Source of the DNA: Octopus sinensis
Lineage: Eukaryota
Assembly: GCF_006345805.1 (NCBI RefSeq)
Contig: NC_043006.1
Location: forward strand, 26,288,001 to 26,352,000
DNA length: 64,000 nucleotides
Reading direction: 5' to 3'
Position numbers and translations under genes: made by a program. Under the pieces are notes generated by a model that worked only from the letters and a program-made list of their open reading frames with translations, was not told the origin of the DNA and made no database searches. This document shows, piece by piece, positions 10,860 through 21,022 of this stretch. How positions within the stretch are numbered: position 1 is the stretch's first letter; each line of letters starts with the position of its first letter.

Positions 10860-13355
10860 CCCTTTAGTGTTCAAAGTGGCTGTAACCGGCCAAAATTAAT
10901 TCCCCTTTATTTGTTCAAGCTGGCTGTATCCAGCTCTATGAAATCACTTCGGTTCAGATTAAATAATATAAATTTGTCATATCCAAAAGTTCTACGAAAT
11001 TGCTAAAAAAAATAAACAAATCACATTATTGAATTCTTGTAGCTTTGAGATAATGCGAGATGAAGCCTTTCCCACTTTTATTCAAGTATAAATACTGTGA
11101 AATTGTTTAGACCACATGGTTTTTTTGACTTTTGAAGACAAGTGTTTGCCTTGGTTGTGAAAGAAATGGCGTCAGCAAGTAGCGATTCCGACTTTGAAGG
11201 ATTTACTATTGATGACAGAAAATATAAATGAAAACAAAAGTATTTTGTCTTTGGATGAATCTGATATTGATATCAGTGATTATTCATCAGATGAAGAAGA
11301 TTTTGGTAACGAAAGTGATGAAAATGATATCGTAAACATAGCAACATGGTCAAAAATTACAACACCAAACACTATTTCTGATTTTACAGAAAACACTGGT
11401 CCACAACACAATTTACCTCCTGATGTTCAACCACTGGACTATCTAATTTTATTTTTACCTGAAAGTTTTTTTGAAAATGTTGCGGAGGAAACAAACAAAT
11501 ATGCGCAACATTTAATTTCTGTTCATGGAAGAAATGATCCACTATGGCAGCCAACTAATACTGTGGAAATGAGAGCGTTTTTTCACAATTAATATTATGT
11601 TTGGAGTTAAACAGCTTCCTCGACTGTGGAACTATTGGAGTCCTGATGTAAGGTATGGCAACCCATATATTTCAAGTATAATGTCGAAGATGAAGTATTC
11701 AAAAATATCTCAGTATTTGTATTTAACTGATTCTGCTAATGCCCCCAACAAAAACGACCCAAACTACAATCCCCTGTACAAAGTACGTCCTGTAATCGAT
11801 TTACTTGTTAATAATTATAAAACTGTGTATCTACCTGAGAAAAATCTCAGTGTAGATAAAGCCATGATAGGCTATAAGGGCAGAGTACATTTTCGGCAGT
11901 ACATGTCTGCCAAACCCACTAAATGGGGGATCAAGGTATGGGAAGTTTGTGAATTGGAGACGGGATATTGTGTAAACTTCGATGTTCACACAGGTAAAAA
12001 ATATAATGGGAAAAAAACCGCATGGATTGGGACATGATGTATGGTCTCTTACACAACCATTTCCCCATCAGCACTGACACCTCTATTTCGACCGTTTTTT
12101 TTCTTCAGTGGCTTTGGTGAAAAATCTTGCCCGTGTAAGTACTTACATGTGCAGTACTGTTATGGGAAACTGTAAAGGTTTACCCAGTGAAATGCAAACA
12201 ATTAAAAAGGAGGGGACATTTTACAAATGCAAAAAGAAAATGTTTTAGTTACTGCTTTCAAAGACAAAAGACAGATTTTATTTCTGTCTTCTAATGAACA
12301 ACCTGGTGTTGGTGCTGAGGGAAAACACCTCGTGAATATTTGTTATAACAAATATATTGGTGGGGTTGATAAATCTGACCAATATCGGGCATATTACCCA
12401 GTTGGTCGACCTGGGAAGAAATGGTGGAGGTACATTTTGTGGTTTTTAGTTAATCTAACTATAGTAAATTCATATATTCTTTATGTAAAAAGCCACAAGG
12501 TACCTCCGCCATCAAAGGACTATGACCACTTGAAATTTCAGGTTGACATCGCATCTCAGTTATGTGAAGGCTTTTCTTCTAAGAAAGCACAGAACTGGGA
12601 GAAAAGCAAAATTAATTGAGGTGGATGTCAACAGAGAAAATATTGACTTTCATCAAGTCGAAAAGATAAATGGAAGGAAAAAAGCTTGCAGACTGTGTTC
12701 GCTGCAAAAAAGAAAAACTGCAAAAGGATATCAGGTCAAGACCTCATATATTTGTTTGTTTTGCAGAGTGCCCTTGTTGTGTAAAGGGTGCTTTGGACAG
12801 TTTCACGACAGAAATATGGCATAAGTATATAATTTTGTATATTCCTTTTCATTTTATTATATATGTGAAAGTGAGAACTACATATTAATTTTCAGTATGT
12901 TACACACCTGTATTCACCTTTGTCTCACCTGTTAATGAGATTTTTTTTTTATATGCATTCTGTTATGTAAATGAATTCACTAAATTGTATAAGAGTGCAT
13001 AGCCAATGGTATATTGACTAGTAAGAGAGTTTTGTATTTTATTTTCAATGATAAGCTTTGAATGAAATATAGAAAAAGAGTAAAATCTTCTACCGATTAC
13101 ACCTGTATTTTAATTAATTCAAATTAATGTACTTCATCTTGAAAAATGTAAAATTGTTGATAGTTGACATCTGGGATAATTTTAGCAGCAAACCAAACAG
13201 GTAAGATGTATTAAGAATATGAATTTTAGTATTTATTCATAATGTTATTGTTCTTACACCTGTTAATTAAATTTACCTGCCCATAAAAGTCAAATTTAGT
13301 CAGAAAGATCAGCTAAAATTACGTAATTCTAAATCACTGGCATATAAACCTACGC
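10860..13355 (+). mobile_element. piggyBac element, subfamily B, right TIR missing
   Basis: TTAA-CCCTTTAGTGTTC left TIR; transposase remnants; 3' non-coding part alignable to 47365-48373 until ~13355. Confidence 0.88.
11166..12824 (+). pseudogene. piggyBac (PGBD4-like) transposase pseudogene
   Basis: Acidic N-terminus MASASSDSD; LSVDKAMIGYKGR, PTKWGIKVW, FDRFFSSV, YNKYIGGVDKSDQ motifs; C-terminal Cys-rich domain CRLC...CLFCRVPLLCKGCF; broken by a few frameshifts and stops. Confidence 0.9.
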
Positions 13356-13657
13356 AGCTAAAACTCAATGGTTACTTTCAAAGTTTATTCTGTTTCACGA
13401 AGTTTTACAATATATTTTATACAATAATTATCATGAATCAAATTAAACTCGTGTTTACATGCACCATAATATTAAATAAAAGTCAGAGTGCATTATACTG
13501 AGGTTTCATTGCCTATAATTCATGGCATGCATTATTATGCACAAGTGCATATCAATAACTGCAGTATACAATTATTATGCTTATGACAAAAGATTTGAAT
13601 AAAATTACACTATTATCTTTGTACCAAAATTTTCATAAAAATATAATATCAACTTAC

Positions 13658-13664
13658 CAGTCAT
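13658..13664 (-). CDS. MED1: Candidate MED1 start codon (ATG ACT G) at the end of a 60-nt exon 13658-13717
   Basis: Strong TTTTATTTTAG acceptor and GTAAGT donor; phase-1 end joins exon 4789 to give MTGIQNHK...; in-frame stop upstream. Confidence 0.5.
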
Positions 13665-14109
13665 AATGTATCGTCTAAATACAAATCCAAGTCAGACCAT
13701 AAAGTATCATGACTTACCTAAAATAAAAATGAACACAATTCACTGTCAAAATGTGGAAATTTCAGCATTACATTTTAAAGATTAGATCAACCACTTTATT
13801 TTTTTTTCTTAATTACATATATGATATACTAAATTAGCAACAAGCCAACAAAGAAACTCCATACAGTTGCGCAATTTGTGAGACATAATCATATCTCACT
13901 CAAATTAACCCTACTGTTTTGATAAATGAGAGGCATATTAGATCATGTGGTTACATGTATACTACTTAGACTAAAAACAAGATGAGAATCAAGGCTGGAA
14001 GATCTTTGGTCAATAGGACTGCTTGATCAGAGCTGACCTTGGACTAAACAACAAAACTGGCATCATTTGAATATTTGCTTCTGCAATGGTATATCAACAC
14101 ATCATTAGT

Positions 14110-14300
14110 CTATAGCAAATGGGGGGCCATTTGGAGCTTGAGGGGGAGGGGCCGTTTTGGAGCAATAAGGCACTAGTGGGGCATTAAGAGACTGAGGGGG
14201 GGGGGTTGCACTGGAAGACACTCGTCTTTGGTAAGTTTAATGAGTAGTCGCCATATTTTCACATCTCTGCGACAGTCAGTTTTTAAAAAAAACATGCCTT
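14110..14300. promoter_or_regulatory. Candidate (possibly bidirectional) promoter region for MED1
   Basis: G-rich, locally CpG-containing unique island; YY1-consensus CGCCATATT at 14249-14257; plus-strand GTAAGT donor at 14231; ~550 bp upstream of the candidate ATG exon. Confidence 0.35.
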
Positions 14301-14399
14301 TTTGTTTCAAATTTTCAAAAACTTATTAAAAGAAAAAAGTAATGAATAAAAGCGAAAAGCTGAATGTATGTGTGTTTGTATGCAAATATATAAAGAATG

Positions 14400-15697
14400 G
14401 TGGTCAGAATTTTGCATCAAACAGGCTTTTGGGAATGGCTGATAGGTATGTATATTATACATCTTCTTAGTGTATTGTTCTATGGTTCTAATATTTTTGC
14501 ACCTTTCTTCAATTTTGGGGTTGATAGGTTTTCTTACTATTATTTATGTTTATAATCTAGCGATATCTTCTCAACTAACTTAGCAACGTTCTTTTCTCCT
14601 TTTCGTTTGGATATTGTATTATTTTGGGATTAATGTTTAGCTGTGGCTAATTTTGTTATTGATATATTAATAGGTGTCTGTTAGTTTTAAATCAGTTACT
14701 CTTTCACTTCGCAAAGCAAAGTTTGACATTTTATCGTTTCTCTATTTCATTGTGTTTTTGAAATATTATTATTGTTATTATTATTAATGTTGTTGTAATA
14801 TTATTATTTATTTATAGTTTCTTGATAGTATTTTTTACGTTCGATATTGGATATGTTATCCTTTAATTATTATAAAGGATTTTAACGTTTTACATATTAT
14901 TTAATTTGAGAATTAATATTGTTAGACAATATTTCTTTCAATAATTAGATAATTTTTTCATTAAATAGTATTGTTTTTAAATAAAGTAGTTTTTATTTTA
15001 ATATAAAGTTTATGTTTAACTTTTTTATCATGTGATATATTAAATCTATAGATATTATACATGGATATTAATATAACTATTTATATGATGGATTTGAGTA
15101 TATTTGTACTATTTCAAATTTTTGATTGTATTATTCATGAAGAGGAATTGTATTGAGTATATTAATTAGACGCTAAAACATATTAATAAATTTAAAATCC
15201 AGATAGATTAACTTAATCGTTGAACTTAGTAATTTGGTTTGTTTATCAATATTGGTTAGATCTTATTATTTTGAGTTTGATTGTTGTTGTTATTGTTATT
15301 GACTGGCTTTGTATAAGACTGGTGATTGTGATTGTACATCTTAGCGTATTGTTCTTTGGTTCTAATATTTTTGCACCTTTCTTTAATTTTGGGGTTGATA
15401 GGTTTTCTTACTTTCCATTAACATATTATTCTTACTATTATATCTTTTTATAGATATAAGTTACGATAGATATTAATTCCTATATATTTTTTTAAAATAT
15501 ATATATATTTATATATAAAGGGATCTAACGAATTACATTTAATTTAATTTAAAAATTAATTTTGTCAGATAATATATTATTTAATTATTAAGGTGGCTTA
15601 TTTATTTGTAATATTAAATTTTAAGTTAATTAGGTATTTTATTATTTGATATTTAGTCAACTTTGTTATAGATTCTTATATTAAATCTATAGATACT
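14400..15697 (-). mobile_element. Very decayed Penelope-like element remnant (boundaries approximate)
   Basis: Extreme strand-biased AT richness; minus-strand remnant resembling the PLE linker (..YPISNVKNTIKKL); ~78-bp direct repeat at ~14461-14540 and ~15338-15412. Confidence 0.35.
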
Positions 15698-15934
15698 ACA
15701 TCATCATCATCGTTTAACGTCCGTTTTCCGCGCTAGCACGGGTTGGACGGTTTCGACCGGGGTCTGGGGAGCTCGGGACTGCCCCAGGCTCCAGTCTAGT
15801 CTGGCAGTGTTTCTACAGCTGGATGCCCTTCCTAACGCCAACCACTCCGCGAGTGTAGTGGGTGTTTTTTACGTGCCACCTGCACAGGTGCCAGAGGGGT
15901 CTGGCATCGGCCACGTTCGGATGGTGCTTTTTAT
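15698..15934 (-). mobile_element. RTE LINE 3' tail (5'-truncated) ending in (GAT)n
   Basis: CATCATCATCGTTTAACGTCCG...GGATGCCCTTCCTAACGCCAACC, same tail as 20510-21022, 28850-29010, 55497-55805. Confidence 0.85.
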
Positions 15935-16395
15935 GGGGGGGGTGCAGAAATATAGGGGAGCACCAGTGGGAGGGGTGGTTCAGAGGACAGGTACTAGGCA
16001 AGTAGAAGTAGAACGTAGGATATCGAGAGAGGGGTAATGCATGGTGAAATAGCGTATTGAAGAGGGGGGTTCGTGGTGGGGGGGTGCAGAAATATAGGGG
16101 AGCACCAGTGGGAGGGGTGGTTCAGAGGACAGGTTCTAGGCAAGTAGAACGTAGGATATCGAGAGAGAGGGGTAATGCATGGTGAATAGCGTATTGAAGA
16201 GGGGGGTTCAAAGAGTAGACACCTACAATGGTGGTGGGGGGGTGCAGAAATATAGGGGAGCACCAGTGGGAGGGGTGGTTCAGAGGACAGGTTCTAGGCA
16301 AGTAGAACGTAGGATATCGAGAGAGGGGTAATGCATGGTGAAATAGCGTACTGAAGAGGGGGGTTCAAAGAGTAGACACCTATAATGGTGGTGGG
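15935..16395. repeat. G-rich minisatellite, 3 units of ~140-160 bp
   Basis: GGGGGGTGCAGAAATATAGGGGAGCACCAGTGGGAGGGGTGGTTCAGAGGACAGG recurs at ~15935, ~16077, ~16233. Confidence 0.9.
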
Positions 16396-16474
16396 AGAAA
16401 CGACATCCGGTATAGTTGGAGCAAAATAGAGATATCCGGTATTGGTGGTGGGGGTGGGCAGGGCAGGCGCGCCG

Positions 16475-17063
16475 CGAAGAATCGGCAGCCAATTTCTAAT
16501 CAGCCCTGTAAGGGAGATAGATCTTAAATATCTATAACGATAACTAGTGAATTATACAGAATATGCAAAAACAAGGCGAGGCTGAAATAGTAAACAGAGT
16601 GGCGACTAGGGGGATCAGAATAATAATAATTAATAAATAATAATAAATAGAGATACGGATGAATTAAAGTTCAAAGATTTCTTATCTTGGGATCACTTCG
16701 TTTACGGACAGACTTGGCAAAAGGAATTCGGAATCAAGAGTGAGGCAGGTTACTAGCTTAAGTATGCATAGCCATGGCGAGGGGTAGGAAGAGAGGAGTC
16801 CAGACAGACGACAATGTAAAAAGAGGGGGAGAGAAGGGAAGAGAAAAACCCCACGAAGAATCGGCAGCCAATTTCTAATCAGCCCTGTAAGGGAGATAGA
16901 TCTTAAATATCTATAACGATAACTAGTGAATTATACAGAATATGCAAAAACGAGGCGAGGCTGAAATAGTAAAGATAGTGGCGACTAGGGGGATCAGAAT
17001 AATAATAATTAATAAATAATAATAATAAATAGAGATACGGATGAATTAAAGTTCAAAGATTTC
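16475..17063. repeat. Pair of ~207-bp direct repeats (16475-16681, 16854-17063) around a 172-bp spacer
   Basis: Near-identical CGAAGAATCGGCAGCC...TTCAAAGATTTC copies. Confidence 0.9.
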
Positions 17064-17237
17064 ATGTATATTTATTATATGGTTAGCTTATTTAAGGAGT
17101 TTGTCTATATTTGAACCATTTCTTATTTTGATTACAATTTAATGACTTGTACTAGCTTTGTGTTATTTTATTTAATTTTAAAGTATTTAATAATTTAAGT
17201 ATTGTTTTAGTTTTCACTTATGTATATTTAGTATTTT

Positions 17238-17281
<44 letters not shown>

Positions 17282-19059
17282 TATATTTATTAATTAATTA
17301 TTTTATTGTTCTAGTTTATTTTTAACCTGATGAGTGACTATATTTATATCGAAGCGATTTCTCTACTACTATAATCATTTCTTAAATATAGCCTGTTGAG
17401 GCAAGTGAGGATCAGAATCGAAATCAATCAATGGAAATTGCAGATGTGTTACCAGTGCCGGTGGCATGTCGAAACTCTACTTGAGGTTTGAAATGATTTC
17501 ATTGGCATTTACTTGTACCAAAAAGCACTCTTTCGATAGACAACATGTTGATCTCATAAGTATTGTGTGGTGGAAAGAAACACAATCACCAAACTTTCAA
17601 TTCATTTTTTGGGGGTTTTTTTTTGCATTTCAGTTTGTACATCTGTACTCTCGACTGCATAAAAGTGCATATGTAAAATGTCCTTTATTTTTTAATCGTT
17701 ATCTGCTGATATCAAAATAAGTAGTATATTGAAAAATAAAAATATTTTCTAGGGGTGCCATTTGTGACTCCAAGGGTCAAAAGGGGACCTTAGGCTAAAA
17801 TGGGTTGAGAGCCTTTGGTCTAATAACAGCTAATTTATATATATAACTGGTTCGTTAATAACTTTTATGGACGGACAACGGACAAAATAGTTTACACTCA
17901 TTATTTCCCTTGTATTGAAGTAATGAAATTGTTTTCTCAGCCTCAAAAGTTTTATCCAACACGTGAAGAGTTAATTCTATTTTATGAAGAAAGAACAGCA
18001 GCAAAAGGGTGAGAGGAAAAAGGAAGTAGAGGACAGAGATAGGGGAAAGTAAGGGAAAAGAAAGTGACAAACTAAGGCGGAGAGAGTCAGAAAGGTAGAC
18101 ACAAAGGAGGCAGTCAAAGAAAGAGAAGAGAGAGAGAGAGAATTGGAATTTAAAGAAGATATGAGAGAAAACATTATCCAGATAATTAGGGAGCCAGAAG
18201 AAATGTCATGAGAAATCAGAAAGAAGATCCAAGGAGAAATAAAAGTAGAGTAAAAAAATTATGTATTTAAAGATGATCAAATAACTTTCAGTTACAAACA
18301 ATCAAGCCAGCCAGTTGTTAAGGCCATTTACTAGCTTCATAATAAACTCGTCCAGGCAGCTGTCTGGCCTCACAACAAGCTGAACATTTGTTTAGACAAC
18401 CCTTTGGCCTCAAAATGTACGGAACTGAAAAACACTGAAACAACCTTTTGTTATCAAAATGTTCTATCTGAGAGAGTGCAACTATCATGCATATAAACAA
18501 CTTAAATTGCATTTAAAAAAAAAAGGTATCTAACTTTCAATTATCAGCTACTACAACAATAAACCTGTCAAAGTGCTGTATACTATTTCTATATTTCTAT
18601 TATTACTTTAACAGCTCTTGCTTCTGAGCTAACTAAAACTAAACAATATTGCTTTAGGTAATGGATCCTTTAGCGTTAATTTTGATGTACTTCAGATTTT
18701 TTAACTAGCAATCAAAAGTGTTCCTGATTTTCTTTGCTATATATTTTTTGGACATCCTTTCACTTTAGAGGCCTTTGATGAAAACAGTCAATTCTATACA
18801 TTGTGCAAAGCTTTGGATTATGCTTAATTGCTTGTATTTTCTTTAATAAATATTTTAGAAACTACCATTAGTGCTTAAAAGTAGCCTAATGGTTCACATT
18901 ATCCATATATAATATGCTCTCAATATATGAAATTTGTTCATATATATTGTATGCTTTCATCATCAGCATGAAGAGTGAAGAACTTATCTTGTTTAATGTT
19001 TATGATACATCATCTCATTGTACAACTCAGCGTAGAAACTGAGCTTATTGTAAACTCCC

Positions 19060-20360
19060 CTTGCAATTTTTATGTTACAAGGGTGAGCTGAAAAGTTCAT
19101 AAGTTGACTAAGATACGCTAAGTTGACTAAGATACCAACCACTCCAAGAGTGTAGTGGGTGCTTTTATGTGCCACCTGCACAGGAGCCAGTCCGGTGGCA
19201 CTGGCAGCGACCTCACTCGAATGTTGGTTTTCATGTGCCAGTAAGGCGACACTGGTAACGATCATGCTCGAATGGTGCTTTTTATGTGCCACCGACACGG
19301 GAGCCAGTCAGTGACCATGGCGACAATCACGCTCGGATGGTGCTCTTAGTGCTCCACTAGCACGGATGCCAGTCATGCGGTGCTGTCATCAAATTTGATT
19401 TCGATTTCACTTGCCTCAACAGGTCCTCGCAAGCAGAGTTTAATGTCCAATGAAGGAAAGGTATGCATAAGTGGGTTGGTTACACCCCTGGTATGGGCCA
19501 CAAGTTATGGTCTCACTTGGCTAGCCGGGTCTTCTCAAGCACAGCATATTTCCAAAGGTCTCGGTCACTAGTCATTGCCTTGTGAGGCCTAATGTTTGAA
19601 GGTCGTGCTGCACCACCTCATCCCAAGTCTTTCTGGGTCTACCTCTTCTACAGGTTCCCTAACCCTAACCTTCACCTTACTGATAGCATCCCTGTACATG
19701 ACTCGCACAGCTCTCACTAACCATTCTTCAATCAGGTTTTCTCACTGACCGCCAGGTAAAGGATCAGGGGACCCTGTCAAAGGCTTTCTCCATGTCAATG
19801 AAAGACAAGTACAGAGGTTTATCTTTAGCTAGGTATTTCTCCTGCAGCTGTCTTACCAGAAATATAGCATCAGTGGTGCTTTTCCCTGGCACGAACCCAA
19901 ACTGAATCTCATCTAGACAGACTCTTTGTAGCAGTTGACTATGGTGCTGATACACCAGTCATTGGGTATGACTCCTTCATATATCACCTGGTTAACTATC
20001 CAAGTGACTAGGCTATAGCTGACACCGCCAAATATTTTGAGTATCTCTGCGGTGATTCTTGATGGGCCGGGGGCTTTCCCTGTTTTCATACTCTTAATTG
20101 CTTTATCTACTAAGGTACTGTCAATTTGTATAGCTGGTCTCTCTGTTGTACGCCATGGAGCCCCCCTGTATGCTGTCCAACATGTCCATTGAAGTCACCA
20201 GCCACAAAGAGAAGGGCCTTGTCATTTGTCAACGAGGTAGTCTGCAAGAGGGTGTCATAAAACTGGTCTTTCTGTCCATCAGGTAGCCCTGGTTGAGGGG
20301 CATAGGCCGAGATAATGGTTGCTAACCCATGATGTTGGCGCATACTCTGACTACCTCGAT
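19060..20360 (-). mobile_element. Internally deleted RTE LINE (APE fragment, RT fragment, 3' UTR)
   Basis: TIISAYAPQ..VAGDFNGHVG (APE); QFGFVPGKSTTDAIF..FIDMEKAFDRVP (RT); 3' UTR matches 28330-28850. Confidence 0.88.
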
Positions 20361-20509
20361 TATTGACTTTTATTTTAGATCGAGTTCCTTAACTTGTTCA
20401 TACTACTGTTGCTGTAGTTGATTAATAAGGAGTTGGTGGTGGTTGTGATGATAATAGATAATTGTATGTTTATAATGATGCATGCATGCACACACACATG
20501 AGCAGACTG

Positions 20510-21022
20510 GTGTCCGTACTAGCGGGGTGCAAAGAGCACCATACGAGTGTGATCATTGACAGAGCGGCTAACTGGCTTCCGTGCCAGTGGCACTTAAAAG
20601 GCACCATTCGAGCGTGATCGCTACCAGCGTCGCCTTACTGGCACTCGAGCCCCGTGCTAGTAGGGTATTAAGAGCACCATCCGAGCGTGATCGTTGCCAG
20701 AGCAGCCATCTGGCTCCGTGCCGGTGGCACGTAAAAGACACCATCCGAGTATGAGTGTTACCAGCATCGCCTTACTGGTACCTGTGCCAGTGGCATGTGT
20801 AAAAGATTCAAGGGAGGTCGTTGCCAGTACCACCTGACTGGCACGTAAAAGTACCCACTACACTCTCGGAGTGGTTGGCGTTAGGAAGGGCATCCAGCTG
20901 TAGAAACTCTGCCAGATCAAGATTGAAGCCTGGTGCAGCCATCTGGTTCGCCAGCCTTCAGTCATTCGTCCAACCCATGCTAGCATGGAAAGCGGACGTT
21001 AGACGATGATGATGATGATGAT
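20510..21022 (+). mobile_element. RTE LINE 3' UTR/tail with internal minisatellite
   Basis: Repeated GAGCACCATCCGAGCGTGATCG units then GGTTGGCGTTAGGAAGGGCATCC...(GAT)n. Confidence 0.85.

Noticed and set aside
14249-14262. ATGGCG as the MED1 start codon
   Set aside because: The frame closes after five codons (MATTH-stop) with no donor before the stop.
14400-15700. Possible mitochondrial insertion (NUMT), because of extreme AT content
   Set aside because: No recognisable mitochondrial protein, rRNA or tRNA motif; the internal direct repeat and remnants fit a decayed retroelement better.
15935-16395. CRISPR-like array (also the SINE array at 23358-25035 and the RTE minisatellites)
   Set aside because: Eukaryotic context, no unique spacers between constant repeats, no cas genes.
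17940-18250. Charged or RS-rich coding exon of a divergent gene (e.g. CDK12-like)
   Set aside because: Purine-rich low complexity with stops in all plus frames and no good splice boundaries.
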